The notes beneath the pieces were generated by a model. The model ran no database searches and had not been told where the DNA came from. It saw only the letters and a program-made list of their open reading frames with translations. A DNA stretch of 64,000 nucleotides from Chloroflexota bacterium (GTDB lineage: Bacteria > Chloroflexota > Limnocylindria > P2-11E): contig VBFY01000061.1 of the NCBI GenBank assembly GCA_005889405.1, positions 64,769 through 128,768 of the forward strand, read 5' to 3'. Shown one piece after another: positions 37,352 to 47,470 of the stretch. Numbering within the stretch: the first letter of the stretch is position 1; each line of letters opens with the position of its first letter. Made by a program: the position numbers and the translations under genes.

Positions 37352-37894
37352 ATGCGGAAGCGACGGTTCTTCGGCACGCTCATCTTCGCGGTCCCTGTGG
37401 TCGTCGCAGCAGCCACGTTCGCGGTCGCTGGGGACGCCGGCAAGAGTCAGTTCAAGGCCGACACGCTGACCGGCTATCAAGAGGTCGCCGGCCCGGGCAC
37501 CATCTCGACGATCGGCAGCGGAACGTTCGAGGCGAGCCTAAACGGCGCCGGGGACGAGATCAGCTACACACTGACGTACGGCGATCTTGAGGGTGGCACC
37601 GTGACGCAGGCACACATCCACTTCGGGGCCCGTGGCTTCAGCGGCGGCGTCATCGCCTTTCTCTGCGGTGGCCCGAAGCCGGCCTGTCCGCCCTCCGGCA
37701 CAGTGACCGGCACGATCGCCGCGGCGGACATCCTCGGTCCGACTGTGCAGGGCATCGAGCCAGGGTCCTTCGACGAGGCCGTCCGTGCGATCCGCGCGGG
37801 AGCGGTCTACGCCAATGTGCACACGACGCGCTGGCCGGCCGGTGAGATCCGCGGCCAGGTGAACGACGCGAACCAACGGGCCGACCCCCAGTAG
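37352..37894 (+). CDS. CHRD-domain protein with signal peptide
   Basis: AHIHFGARGFSGGVIAF...YANVHTTRWPAGEIRGQV; RBS AAGGGAGG. Confidence 0.8.
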   Translation: MRKRRFFGTLIFAVPVVVAAATFAVAGDAGKSQFKADTLTGYQEVAGPGTISTIGSGTFEASLNGAGDEISYTLTYGDLEGGTVTQAHIHFGARGFSGGVIAFLCGGPKPACPPSGTVTGTIAAADILGPTVQGIEPGSFDEAVRAIRAGAVYANVHTTRWPAGEIRGQVNDANQRADPQ

Positions 37895-37906
37895 CTCGGC
37901 CAACAC

Positions 37907-37947
37907 GCTAGACGCCGGGGCCGGCCGAAGGGTCGGCCCCGTCTAGC
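37907..37947. terminator. Bidirectional hairpin between convergent genes (CHRD gene and membrane-anchored protein gene)
   Basis: gctagacgccggggccg-gccgaagggt-cggccccgtctagc, followed by gguuucc. Confidence 0.45.
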
Positions 37948-38650
37948 GGTTTCCGAAGAACGCGACCGGATCGAGCTCGGATCCGGACGGCAGCGCCGCA
38001 ACCGATGCGATGACGTTCGCGCTCACGCCGCGGTCGTAGAACGCATGCCACGAGGACGCGCCCTCGCCGGTGATCTTGAAGAGCGCCGCACCGCCCGCAA
38101 CACGGTCGCCGTCCTGCACGATGACCTCGGTGTCCACGTCGAGCGCGCCGGGGCGGAAGATGATGCGACGGTCGGCGGACTCGAGAGTGATATACGGAAA
38201 GAACGGCACTCCGGGGAAGAGGGAGCCGACGCGCACCTCACCGCTGATGAGCTGGTAGCGGCGCACCGTTACCGCGCCGGCGAATGGCGCGGTGAACGTG
38301 TATCCGACGGGCGCGCGTAGGGCCGCGTAACGCTTGCCGCTGTTGCTGTATGCGGTGGCGGCGAGCGGATCGGGCGTAGCCCTCGGTGCCGGCGTGGGTG
38401 TCGCGGTCGCGGGAGGCGGTGTCGACGTGGGCGTCGGCGAAGACACGGGCGGTGTCGGTGGCGCAGGCGGCGGCGTGCGTGTCGTGACCACGGCGACTCC
38501 GGCGTTCACGACCGACGGCGAGGACGTCGCGCCGGCGATGCTCCCCTGCCTCGTCGCGAACTGGCTCACGACGAACGCGGTGCCGAGGACGCTCATCCCG
38601 AGCCCGATCCCGATCGCGGCGTTGCCCAGCGTGCGCAGGGCCGACCGCAC
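37943..38650 (-). CDS. Membrane-anchored protein: N-terminal TM, Pro/Thr linker, ~130 aa C-terminal globular domain of unknown function
   Basis: GTG 38650 gives VRSALRTLGNAAIGIGLGMSVLGTAFVV. The long ORF upstream of it is R-rich junk. Confidence 0.5.
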   Translation of the reverse strand: MRSALRTLGNAAIGIGLGMSVLGTAFVVSQFATRQGSIAGATSSPSVVNAGVAVVTTRTPPPAPPTPPVSSPTPTSTPPPATATPTPAPRATPDPLAATAYSNSGKRYAALRAPVGYTFTAPFAGAVTVRRYQLISGEVRVGSLFPGVPFFPYITLESADRRIIFRPGALDVDTEVIVQDGDRVAGGAALFKITGEGASSWHAFYDRGVSANVIASVAALPSGSELDPVAFFGNR

Positions 38651-38667
38651 CTCGGCCGAAGGCCGCA

Positions 38668-40005
38668 CTAGGCCGCGACCGGTCCCGCGATGTCTTCCAG
38701 AGAACGTCCCCTGGTCTCTTCGGCCAGCAGCCACACATTGAGTGCGGTCACGACGAGCAGGATCATGAACATGGCGAAGACACCTGACTGACCCAACGCC
38801 GGGACCAGCACCGGTGTTAGGAACGGACCGATGATCCCACCGATACGTCCGACCGCCGCCGCGCCGCCGGCACCCGTCCCGCGCACGGCCGTCGGGTAGA
38901 GCTCCGGGGAGATCGTGTACACGACCCCCCACGCGCCGAGATTGAAGAACGAGAGCAGCGCGGCATAGAGGAACGCGTCGGTGCCGGTGCCGGAGTTGCC
39001 GAACAGGAACGCCGCGGCCGCGGTGCCGAGCAGGTACGCGACGAGCGTCGGTTTGCGACCCCAGCGCTCGACCAGCCACGCGGCGCTGAAGTACCCCGGG
39101 ATCTGCGCGATCGTCGAGAGGAAGAAGAACTCGTTGCTGCGGACTTCGGAGAGCCCGCGCGCGGCGAGCAGCGACGGGACATACAGGAAGATTCCGTAGT
39201 ACGTGAACGTGATCCCGAACCACAGGATCCACAGCATCGCGGTGCGGCGCGCGTACGCGGGCTTCCACAGCTCCGTGAGGCTCGTGCGGCCCGAACGTGC
39301 GGGTGCGACGGCCGCGCCCAGCGTCAGCAGCGCTCCCCCACCCGCGCGCTCCACCCGACGGACGATGGCGTCGGCCTCGGCATTGCGCCCGCGCTCCGCG
39401 AGGTAGCGCGGCGACTCCGGCAGCGCCGAGCGCAAATACGCGACGTACAGCGCAGGCAGCGCGGCGACGAGGAACGCGCCGCGCCAGCCGAACTGCGGCA
39501 GAACGAAGAGCGCGACGAGGCCCGCGGCGAGCGTGCCATAGGCCCAGAACGATTCGAGGAGGACGATCATCCGGCCGCGCTGCGCGCGCGGCGAGAACTC
39601 GGACACCAGCGTCGCGACGACCGGCAGCTCACCACCGAGTCCGAGCCCCGCGATGACGCGCGCGGCGAGCAGCAGCTCGAACGTCGGCGCGAGTGCGGAG
39701 AGCACCGCGCCGATCGAGAACAGCACCAGCGTGGCCTGGAAGATGGGGCGCCGTCCGTAGCGGTCGGCGAGCCGGCCGGAGATCGCGGCGCCGAGGAACA
39801 TGCCGACGAAGCCCGCGCTCGCGACGAGCCCGACCTGCGCGGGCGCGAGCGTGAACTCCTTGGTGATCGGTGTGACGAGGAAGCCGATGAGCAGGACATC
39901 CATCGCGTCGAACATCCAGCCCAGTCCGCTCGTGATCAGCAGCCAGGTGTGAAAACGATTCACCGGCACGCGGTCCAGTCGTGCGACGAACGTCTCCGCG
40001 CTCAT
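38668..40005 (-). CDS. MFS transporter, metabolite:H+ symporter / sugar-porter-like
   Basis: GRLADRYGRRP, 12 TM helices, PESPRYL. ATG 40005 forms an ATGA overlap with the asd stop. Confidence 0.85.
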   Translation of the reverse strand: MSAETFVARLDRVPVNRFHTWLLITSGLGWMFDAMDVLLIGFLVTPITKEFTLAPAQVGLVASAGFVGMFLGAAISGRLADRYGRRPIFQATLVLFSIGAVLSALAPTFELLLAARVIAGLGLGGELPVVATLVSEFSPRAQRGRMIVLLESFWAYGTLAAGLVALFVLPQFGWRGAFLVAALPALYVAYLRSALPESPRYLAERGRNAEADAIVRRVERAGGGALLTLGAAVAPARSGRTSLTELWKPAYARRTAMLWILWFGITFTYYGIFLYVPSLLAARGLSEVRSNEFFFLSTIAQIPGYFSAAWLVERWGRKPTLVAYLLGTAAAAFLFGNSGTGTDAFLYAALLSFFNLGAWGVVYTISPELYPTAVRGTGAGGAAAVGRIGGIIGPFLTPVLVPALGQSGVFAMFMILLVVTALNVWLLAEETRGRSLEDIAGPVAA

Positions 40006-41072
40006 GCGCCGAGACAACCCTCCGCCGCGAGGAGCTCCGCGTTAAGGACCGACGCGCCGGCGGCGCCGCGGATGGTGTTGTGGCCGAGCACGACGAACTT
40101 GAGCCCGAGGACCGGATCCTCGCGAACGCGACCGACGACGACCGACATGCCGTTGCCCGCCATGCGGTCACGCATCGGCTGCGGGCGGTCTTGCTCGTCG
40201 CGAACGACGATCGGTTGCTTCGGCGCGCTCGGCAAGCCGAGCTGCTGCGGGCGACCTTTGAAGGCGCGCATCGCGAGCGTGACCTCGCGCAGGCCGGGGC
40301 GGCCCCGGAGCGCGGCGCTCACCGTGACGGTGTGGCCGTCGCGCACGCTGACGCGGTTGCAGTGCGCGGAGAACGGGAATTCGGCGTCCTTGAACGAGGT
40401 GCCATCCCAGGAGCCGAGGAACTTTTTCGTCTCCTGCTCCATCTTCTCCTCTTCCTCGCCGATGAACGGGATGACGTTGTCGAGGGCATCGAGCGATGGA
40501 ACACCGGGGTAGCCGGCGCCGGAGAGCGCTTGTAGCGTCGTCACGACCACCTGCTCGATGCCGAACGCCAGGTGCAGCGGCGCGGCCGCGAGCGTGAACG
40601 TGATCGCGGAGCAGTTCCCGTTGGTCACGATCGATCCGGTCCACCCGCGATTGCGACGCTGTACGTCGAGCGCGTTCGCGTGCTCGGGATTCACCTCGGC
40701 GAGGATGAGCGGGACGTCGTCGTCCATGCGGTGCGTCTTCACGTTGGAGAAGACGTGGTGGCCAGCCTTCGCGAGCGCCGCCTCCCACTCCTCCGCCGCC
40801 TCCGACGGCAGCGCCGAGAAGCAGATCTCAGCATCGAGATCGCCTCGCGTCGTCTCGACGCGCATGTCAGCGACTTCGGGGGGCATGTCCTCGCCGAGGA
40901 GCCAAGGTGTGACATCGCCGTATCGCTTGCCCGCCTTGGCGTCCGACGTTGTAAGCGCGCTGATCTCGAACCAGGGATGGCCCGCGAGCAGGCTGATGAA
41001 TCGCTGCCCGACCGTCCCGGACGCGCCCAGGACCGCGACTTTTCGCTTGCGCACGCCGGTAGTGTGCGGCAT
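40002..41072 (-). CDS. asd: Aspartate-semialdehyde dehydrogenase
   Basis: VAVLGASGTVGQRF NAD(P)-binding N-terminus; active-site Cys region SNPNCS-like; adjacent to lysC-hom. Confidence 0.85.
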   Translation of the reverse strand: MPHTTGVRKRKVAVLGASGTVGQRFISLLAGHPWFEISALTTSDAKAGKRYGDVTPWLLGEDMPPEVADMRVETTRGDLDAEICFSALPSEAAEEWEAALAKAGHHVFSNVKTHRMDDDVPLILAEVNPEHANALDVQRRNRGWTGSIVTNGNCSAITFTLAAAPLHLAFGIEQVVVTTLQALSGAGYPGVPSLDALDNVIPFIGEEEEKMEQETKKFLGSWDGTSFKDAEFPFSAHCNRVSVRDGHTVTVSAALRGRPGLREVTLAMRAFKGRPQQLGLPSAPKQPIVVRDEQDRPQPMRDRMAGNGMSVVVGRVREDPVLGLKFVVLGHNTIRGAAGASVLNAELLAAEGCLGA

Positions 41073-41110
41073 GGGAATAGTCCCGCGCGCGACGCGTTTC
41101 GATATGCACG

Positions 41111-42151
41111 ATGCAGATCGGGATTGACAGCTTCGCACTCGCCTACGACGACGCCAGCGTGGCACTCCGCCCGACGGACCACATGCGCAACCTCATCGAG
41201 CAGATGGCGTACGCGGACCAGGTCGGGCTCGACGTCTTCGGCATCGGCGAGCACCATCGCAAAGAGTTCCTCGACTCCGCACCGGCGGTGATCCTCGCCG
41301 CGGCGGCCGCGCGCACGAAGAAGATCCGCCTCACGAGCGCTGTTGCGGTCCTCAGCGCGGTCGATCCGGTGCGTTTGTTCGAACAGTTCGCGACGCTCGA
41401 TCTCATCTCACAGGGCCGGGCCGAGATGGTCGTCGGCCGAGGTTCGTTCATCGACGCGTTCCCCCTCTTTGGTCTCGACCTGAATGACTACGACGAGCTC
41501 TTCGCCGAGAAGCTGGAGCTTCTCCTCAAGCTCCGCGACGAGGAACACCCGCAGTGGTCCGGCCAGTTCCGACCTGCGCTCACCGGACAGGGCGTGTATC
41601 GGCGCCCGCTTCAGGAGCCTCTCCCCATTTGGGTCGGGGTCGGCGGGACGCCGCAGTCGTTCGTTCGCGCGGGCCTGCTCGGCCTTCCGCTCATGGTCGC
41701 GATCATCGGCGGTGAGACACACCGCTTCCGTCCGCTCGTCGATCTCTATCGCGAGGCGGGCCGGCAGGCGGGTTTCTCGCCGGACCAGCTGAAGGTCGGG
41801 ATGCACTCGCTCGGCTACGTCGCCGACACGTCGAAGGAAGCGGTCGAGGATTTCTACCCCGGCTTCGCCCGCGTGATGACGGACATCGGTAAGGAGCGCG
41901 GCTGGGCGCCGATGACTCGCGCCCAGTTCGATTCGCAGCTCACGTCGAAGGGCGCGTGGCTCCTCGGCGAACCGGAGGAAGTGGCCGAGAAGATCCTGCG
42001 CCACAGCGAGGCGCTCGGCGGCATCACGCGCGTCACGTTCCAGATGAACGCCGCGTCGGTGCCGCATGAGAAGCTCCTCCACGCCACCGAGTTGCTCGGT
42101 GCCAAAGTCGCACCGATCCTGCGCAAGGAGCTCGCGCCAGCCGCGGCCTGA
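41111..42151 (+). CDS. LLM-class flavin-dependent oxidoreductase (luciferase-like monooxygenase)
   Basis: MQIGIDSFA...GIGEHH...TIM-barrel LLM signatures. Confidence 0.85.
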   Translation: MQIGIDSFALAYDDASVALRPTDHMRNLIEQMAYADQVGLDVFGIGEHHRKEFLDSAPAVILAAAAARTKKIRLTSAVAVLSAVDPVRLFEQFATLDLISQGRAEMVVGRGSFIDAFPLFGLDLNDYDELFAEKLELLLKLRDEEHPQWSGQFRPALTGQGVYRRPLQEPLPIWVGVGGTPQSFVRAGLLGLPLMVAIIGGETHRFRPLVDLYREAGRQAGFSPDQLKVGMHSLGYVADTSKEAVEDFYPGFARVMTDIGKERGWAPMTRAQFDSQLTSKGAWLLGEPEEVAEKILRHSEALGGITRVTFQMNAASVPHEKLLHATELLGAKVAPILRKELAPAAA

Positions 42152-42166
42152 CCCTACCTCGGGGGT

Positions 42167-43558
42167 CTAGCTGCGGTGGAACTCCTCGTGGACCGCGCGC
42201 ACGGCCTTGTCGCGCTCGGACTCGATGACGACGAACGAGATGTTCAGCTCGCTCGAGCCCTGCGCGATCGCCATGACGTTGACGCCGGCGCGGCCGAGGG
42301 CGCCGAAGACGCGTGAGGCGACGCCCGGCGTTCCCCGCATCCCCTCCCCCACCGCGGCCACGATCGCCACCGGCGAATCGACCGTGACGCGCTCGACGTC
42401 GTGGCGACGCAGCTCCGCGCTGAACATGCGCTCGAGCGCGGGACGGAGGCGTTCCGCACCGTCGGCGGGCACGACGAGACAGATCGAGTTCTCGCTCGAG
42501 GACTGGCTGATCATGAGCACGTTCACCTTCTCCGCCGCGGTCGTGTCGAACACGCGCGCGGCGAAGCCGGGCACACCGCTCATGCCCGCGCCCTGCACCG
42601 TGAGCAGCCCGAGCCCACCGAGCGACGTCGTGGCCTTCACGACGCTGCCGTCGAACACCGGGTCGCCGGTGATCGTCGTCCCCGGATGTTCCGGAGCGAA
42701 GGTGTTGAGGATGCGCACCGGGATGTGCGCCTCGATCGCCGGCAGAACGGTGCGCGGATGGATCACCTTCGCGCCGAAGTACGAGAGCTCCGCGGCCTCG
42801 GCGTATGAGACGCGCTCGAGCGACTTCGCGCTACGGACGATGCGGGGATCCGCGCTCATCACGCCGTTCACGTCGGTGTAGATGAGGAGGATGTCCGCGT
42901 TGAGGGCCGCCGCGAACACCGCCGCGGAGTAATCCGAGCCGCCTCGGCCCAGCGTTGTCGTGACACCGTCCGCCGTGGATGCGACGTAACCGGTGATGAC
43001 CGGAGTCACCCCGTCCTTGAGCAGCGGGAGCACGTCCTGGTGTACGCGGGTCTTCGTCTCATCGAGCAGCGGATTCGCGTGCCCGAAGGCGTCGTCGGTG
43101 ATGAGCAGTGCCTCGGCGGACAGCGACCGCGCTCTCGTGCCGCGCCCATTGAGCAGCGCCGCGACGATCGGCGCCGAGATCTTCTCGCCGTACGTGACGA
43201 TCGCATCGAGGCTGCGCGGCGTGCATTCGTGGAGGATCGCGACGCTCCGCAGCAGCGAGATCGTGCGCTCGGTGAGGTCGGTGATCTCGCCGAGTGCAGC
43301 GCCGCCGCCAACTCCAAGGAGGTCGGCAACGAGGTTGGCGTGGGCCTTCGCGAGGTCGCTCACGATCCGCTCCGCGACCGAGGCTTCGCCGTTCGCGGCC
43401 TCGCGCGCGGCGGTGTGCAACGCGTCGGTCGTCCCGGCGGTCGCCGAGACGACGACGATACGGTCGCCTTTCGTGTCGCCGACGATGCGCGCGACGCTCT
43501 CGAGCGCGGTGGGCGAGGCGACGGACGTCCCGCCGAACTTGAGGACGGTCCGGGTCAA
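42167..43558 (-). CDS. lysC: Aspartate kinase
   Basis: TTG start gives (M)TRTVLKFGGTSVASP and overlaps the hom TGA; two C-terminal ACT domains. The 672-aa track ORF is read-through. Confidence 0.9.
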   Translation of the reverse strand: MTRTVLKFGGTSVASPTALESVARIVGDTKGDRIVVVSATAGTTDALHTAAREAANGEASVAERIVSDLAKAHANLVADLLGVGGGAALGEITDLTERTISLLRSVAILHECTPRSLDAIVTYGEKISAPIVAALLNGRGTRARSLSAEALLITDDAFGHANPLLDETKTRVHQDVLPLLKDGVTPVITGYVASTADGVTTTLGRGGSDYSAAVFAAALNADILLIYTDVNGVMSADPRIVRSAKSLERVSYAEAAELSYFGAKVIHPRTVLPAIEAHIPVRILNTFAPEHPGTTITGDPVFDGSVVKATTSLGGLGLLTVQGAGMSGVPGFAARVFDTTAAEKVNVLMISQSSSENSICLVVPADGAERLRPALERMFSAELRRHDVERVTVDSPVAIVAAVGEGMRGTPGVASRVFGALGRAGVNVMAIAQGSSELNISFVVIESERDKAVRAVHEEFHRS

Positions 43559-44529
43559 CGCATGGTCCGCGCGATCGCGATCACGTCGCCGAGTATGGCC
43601 GACGCGGTCGCGTCCCCGCCCGCGCCAGGTCCGCTGAACACGAGGCGGCCGGCGAGATCGGTCTCGATCGTGACGACATTCGTCGGCCCGTCGGCGACGC
43701 CCTCGGGCGAGGTCACCGGCACCTCCTCGGGACCGACGCGAGCCTTCGTCGCTCGCTCGCCGAAGTCCGCGGTCGCGATGTAGCGGACCTTGGTGTCGCG
43801 TGACGCCGCGGCCCTCACGGTGTCCGCCGAGAGACCGCGGAGCGTCGTGCGCCGCACATTGTCGGGATGGAAATGCCTGCCCTCGAGCAGGCTGATGAGG
43901 ATCGAGAGCTTGTACGCCGCGTCGAAGCCGTCGACATCCGCCGTCGAATCGGCCTCGGCGTACCCCTTCGCGATGGCTTCCTCGAGCGCCGCGTCGAAGC
44001 CGAGCCCAGACTCCATACGCGAGCAGATATAGGTCGTCGTTCCGTTCAGGAGACCGCGGACGATGCGCGGCCGCGACGCGGCGAGCATGCGCGTGGCCGC
44101 GATGAGCGGGATCGCGGCCGCGACCGCGGCCTCGAAGCGCAGCTCGCGCTTTGCGAGCTTGGCGGCCTCGTGGAGCGGGTTCCACTCCTTCGCGACGAGC
44201 TCCTTGTTCGCGGTGACGACGTGACGGCCACGCTCGAATGCAGCGAAGTGCAGGTCGCGGGCCGGCGATGTGCCGCCGATGACCTCGATGACGATGTGGA
44301 TGCCCGGATCGTCGAGCAGCCGGAACGGATCCGTCGTGACCGCAAGGTCTCCGACGTCGCGCGCCTTGCGTCGATCGCGCACCGCGGCGCCGATGAGCCG
44401 CAGCGGGCGGCCGGCGGCGGCGTCGAGGCGCTTGCCGCGATCGGCGAACACGCGCGCCACGGCCGAGCCGACCGTGCCGAGCCCGAGCAGCGCAACACCG
44501 ACCTGAGTGCTCACGGCAGGGTCACCCAT
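43555..44529 (-). CDS. hom: Homoserine dehydrogenase, short form without C-terminal ACT domain
   Basis: VGVALLGLGTVGSAV NAD-binding; catalytic domain ...ADSTADVDGFDAAYKL. It ends directly at ...GDVIAIARTMR. Confidence 0.85.
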   Translation of the reverse strand: MGDPAVSTQVGVALLGLGTVGSAVARVFADRGKRLDAAAGRPLRLIGAAVRDRRKARDVGDLAVTTDPFRLLDDPGIHIVIEVIGGTSPARDLHFAAFERGRHVVTANKELVAKEWNPLHEAAKLAKRELRFEAAVAAAIPLIAATRMLAASRPRIVRGLLNGTTTYICSRMESGLGFDAALEEAIAKGYAEADSTADVDGFDAAYKLSILISLLEGRHFHPDNVRRTTLRGLSADTVRAAASRDTKVRYIATADFGERATKARVGPEEVPVTSPEGVADGPTNVVTIETDLAGRLVFSGPGAGGDATASAILGDVIAIARTMR

Positions 44530-45266
44530 GCGACGTAACCGACAACCGACGAGCGGATCTGCCTCAGCTCGTAGCGCGCGAACACCTCTCGACACTCGGA
44601 CTCGAACGCATCGGCGCGCGATCCGAGGCTCACCCGCGAAAGCGTGCTGGTACTCCCGAGCAGCCGCAGGTAGTCGTCTACGGATCGGCCGAACGGGACC
44701 GGCGCCGTGCGCTCCTCCCCTACCAGCCTGACGAGGCCTTGCGCCGCGTCCCGCGCGACCATCTCGTGTGTCTCGAGATGATGCTCGAGCGGCGAATAGC
44801 GTCGGATGACATCGACGATCTGCGGATGCCACTCGCCCGAGTGCGTCGTCTCCGTGTCGAGGACCGCGAGATACGCACCGGGTGCGAGCGCGTCGCGGAA
44901 CCGCGGCAGCACTTCGTCGGGCCGCATCCAGTGCAGGCTCGCACCGACCGTGATGAGCCCATACGGCGGCGACAAGGGTGCGTCCTCCGCGCGACCGAGG
45001 ATCCAGTGGATCCGTGGCTCGTCGCCGCCCGGCAGCGCGCGGCCGCGCGCGATCATCGCCGGGGAAGGATCGACCGCGTCGATGCGCGTGAACGTGGGTG
45101 GGAAGTTGCGCGCCAGGGCGCCCGTGCCGGCGCCGGCGTCGAGCACGACGCGCGGCTCGACGGCCAGGCGTTCCAGGATGTCGAACACACCGCGTGGGTA
45201 CGGCGCGCGGTACGCGTAGAGCGCCGCGGCCTCATCGTCCGCCCACACGCGCCCGAGCTCGATCAT
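44511..45266 (-). CDS. Class I SAM-dependent methyltransferase
   Basis: VLDAGAGTGAL motif I. ATGA overlap with the cinA-C gene. Confidence 0.7.
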   Translation of the reverse strand: MIELGRVWADDEAAALYAYRAPYPRGVFDILERLAVEPRVVLDAGAGTGALARNFPPTFTRIDAVDPSPAMIARGRALPGGDEPRIHWILGRAEDAPLSPPYGLITVGASLHWMRPDEVLPRFRDALAPGAYLAVLDTETTHSGEWHPQIVDVIRRYSPLEHHLETHEMVARDAAQGLVRLVGEERTAPVPFGRSVDDYLRLLGSTSTLSRVSLGSRADAFESECREVFARYELRQIRSSVVGYVAWVTLP

Positions 45267-45766
45267 GCGATGGCATCCTCGAGCAGGTCGAGCGCGGCGC
45301 CGACGCTCGCCAGGCGGTTGCCCGCGCGATCGAAGGTCCAGATGTGTTTCTTTACCGCGCTGTGCTTGTCGCTGTCGACCGCGACGTACGTGAGGCCGAC
45401 GGGTTTTCCTGGGGTCGCGCCTCCGGGTCCGGCGATGCCCGTGATGCCGAGGCCGATCTTCGCGCTCAGGCGCGCACGCGAGCCGCGCGCGAGCGCGCCC
45501 GCGACGACGGACGACACCGCGCCGTGTGAATGGATGAGCTGCGGCGCGACGTCGGCGAGGATCTCCTTCGCGTCGTTGCTGTATACGACGGCGCCTCCCC
45601 GGAAGTGATCGCTCGCGCCGCCGTGCGCGGTGAGGATCGTCGCGAGGAGCCCGCCCGTACACGACTCTGCTGCCGCGACCGTCAGCTTGCGGCGGCGCAG
45701 CTTCTCGTGGATGGGCCCCATGCGCGCGACGAGCTCATCGAACGTGGGCGCGCCCTTCTTTGCCAC
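45263..45766 (-). CDS. CinA C-terminal domain protein (nicotinamide-nucleotide amidohydrolase PncC-like)
   Basis: VAAAESCTGGLLA...GGAVVYSN...LGITGIAGPGG. Confidence 0.8.
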   Translation of the reverse strand: MAKKGAPTFDELVARMGPIHEKLRRRKLTVAAAESCTGGLLATILTAHGGASDHFRGGAVVYSNDAKEILADVAPQLIHSHGAVSSVVAGALARGSRARLSAKIGLGITGIAGPGGATPGKPVGLTYVAVDSDKHSAVKKHIWTFDRAGNRLASVGAALDLLEDAIA

Positions 45767-45798
45767 GCGAGAAGGTTAGGCGAGCGACGACAGGGCGA

Positions 45799-46308
45799 TC
45801 AGGTGAGCCGCGTCACGAAGTAACGCGGCAAGGTGACCAGGCCCAGGAGGAGTGCCACGCCGACGAGTGTGGCCCCGGCGACGGGCCACGGGCGTTCGCC
45901 GACGATGATCAAGGCGACTCCGATCATCTGCGCGGTCGTCTTCGCCTTCGCCAGGCGGTCCGCGGGTAGTGCGACGCCTCGCCCAAAGGCGCGTAGGCGG
46001 AGAAGCGCGACGACGCCCTCGCGCAGCGCGGTGGCAGCTGTGACCACGGTGACCGGCCATCCGGTCCCGACGGCGGCGAGCGCTCCGAGCGTCCCAAGGA
46101 CGAGGACCTTGTCGGCAAGCGGATCGAGCAGCGCGCCTCGCGGGCTGCTCCTGCCGGCGCGCCGCGCGAGGAGTCCATCGAGCGCATCCGAAGCCGCGGC
46201 GAGCATGAACAGGCCGAGCGCAGGGAAGCGCTGTTCGGCGGCGATGGCCCACACGATCGGGATCACCGCGACAGCGCGGAAGAGGGTCAGGGCGTTCGCG
46301 GGGGTCAC
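45799..46308 (-). CDS. pgsA: CDP-diacylglycerol--glycerol-3-phosphate 3-phosphatidyltransferase (CDP-alcohol phosphatidyltransferase)
   Basis: D(x2)DG(x2)AR(x8)G(x3)D(x3)D motif (DALDGLLARR...GALLDPLADK). Confidence 0.8.
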   Translation of the reverse strand: MTPANALTLFRAVAVIPIVWAIAAEQRFPALGLFMLAAASDALDGLLARRAGRSSPRGALLDPLADKVLVLGTLGALAAVGTGWPVTVVTAATALREGVVALLRLRAFGRGVALPADRLAKAKTTAQMIGVALIIVGERPWPVAGATLVGVALLLGLVTLPRYFVTRLT

Positions 46309-47468
46309 TGTGCGGTGTAGACGCGCTCCACGACCTCACCCTGCTGTCCGAGGGCGAGGGCCGGCTGTCCGTTGTAGCTCACCACCGTGGCTGCGGCATT
46401 GCCGGAGCGCAGGCGTACCTCGCGGCCGGTGTAGGTCGCGGTCTCGCCCTCCTTGAAGATGCGGCCCGTGCCGGGAACGACGGTGCCGTCCACCGTCGCC
46501 TGCAGCCACGCCTCGCCGCCCTTGAGCGTGACGTTCACGACCGCGGCGGTGTACGCGACCGTGACTGCGCGCGTTTCCGTCGCGGTCACGCCGGCGGCGT
46601 TGCTCGCGACGATGTTGATGGTCTGCTTCCCCGCGGGATACGTGAACCGGATCTCGAAGAGGCGGGCGGTGCTGATCGGCATCTGCACGCCGTTCACCGT
46701 CAGCGTGGTGACGGTCGGATCGAATCGCCCCCGCACCAATACCGGTGCGTTCGTGAAGGTCGCTCCGTTCGCCGGCTCCTCGACGATCACCACCGGCTGC
46801 CCCGGCGAGCTTGCCACGGTCTCCAGTCGAACGGTGCGCGACGCGCGCCCGACCTTGCCCGTCACGTCGAGCACTTCCACGACGATGTGGTTGGATCCCG
46901 GGTTGAGCTGCACGTTCGCGGAGAACGTGCCGTCGGAGTTCGGATGGATGTCCGCGATCGTCAGCGGTCCGGGGAAGACCTGCACCGTGACGCGTCCGTC
47001 GGGAACGGTCTTCCCCTTCACGACGAAGTCCGCCGACTGCGATATGGCATCGGACGCCGGCTCGGTGACATCGATCTTCGGAGGGACCGCGAACGAGACG
47101 AACTGGTAGTAGAGGTAGCTCACGAAGAGCACGATGCCCGCGAGCACGACCACCGGGACGAGCACCGCGGGCGTGAAGATCAGGTTGCGCCTCATGATCG
47201 GATTCATCGGCTTGAAGGCGCGCGGCGCGTCGGGCTGGTCGCGCTCCTGATGGAACTGAACAACGAGCTCTTCGGTGTTGAGCTCGAGGTACTCGGCGTA
47301 ATTGCGCAGGAAGCCCTTCGTGTACACGGTGCCCGGCAGCGTCTGGTAGTCGCTGTCCTCGAGCGCCTTCAGGAACTTCTCGCGGATGCGAGTGTCGGAC
47401 GCGGCCTGCTCGAGCGTGATCCCCTTCTTCTCACGCTGCGCGCGAAGCGTCTCGCCGAGCCGCGCCAC
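46305..47468 (-). CDS. rodZ: RodZ-like cytoskeleton protein (XRE HTH, TM, C-terminal beta domains)
   Basis: ARLGETLRAQREKKGITLEQAASDTRIREKFL HTH; one TM; C-terminal DUF4115-like beta-rich region. Confidence 0.7.
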   Translation of the reverse strand: MARLGETLRAQREKKGITLEQAASDTRIREKFLKALEDSDYQTLPGTVYTKGFLRNYAEYLELNTEELVVQFHQERDQPDAPRAFKPMNPIMRRNLIFTPAVLVPVVVLAGIVLFVSYLYYQFVSFAVPPKIDVTEPASDAISQSADFVVKGKTVPDGRVTVQVFPGPLTIADIHPNSDGTFSANVQLNPGSNHIVVEVLDVTGKVGRASRTVRLETVASSPGQPVVIVEEPANGATFTNAPVLVRGRFDPTVTTLTVNGVQMPISTARLFEIRFTYPAGKQTINIVASNAAGVTATETRAVTVAYTAAVVNVTLKGGEAWLQATVDGTVVPGTGRIFKEGETATYTGREVRLRSGNAAATVVSYNGQPALALGQQGEVVERVYTAQ

Positions 47469-47470
47469 CG

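Noticed and set aside
37943-39268. Long 441-aa form of the membrane-anchored protein
   Set aside because: The N-terminal ~200 aa are R-rich junk overlapping the MFS gene 3' region. The real start is assigned at GTG 38650 after the MFS stop.
42167-44185. Single 672-aa ORF
   Set aside because: It is a read-through: lysC actually starts at the TTG overlapping the hom stop (43558). The upstream part belongs to the hom reading region in another frame.
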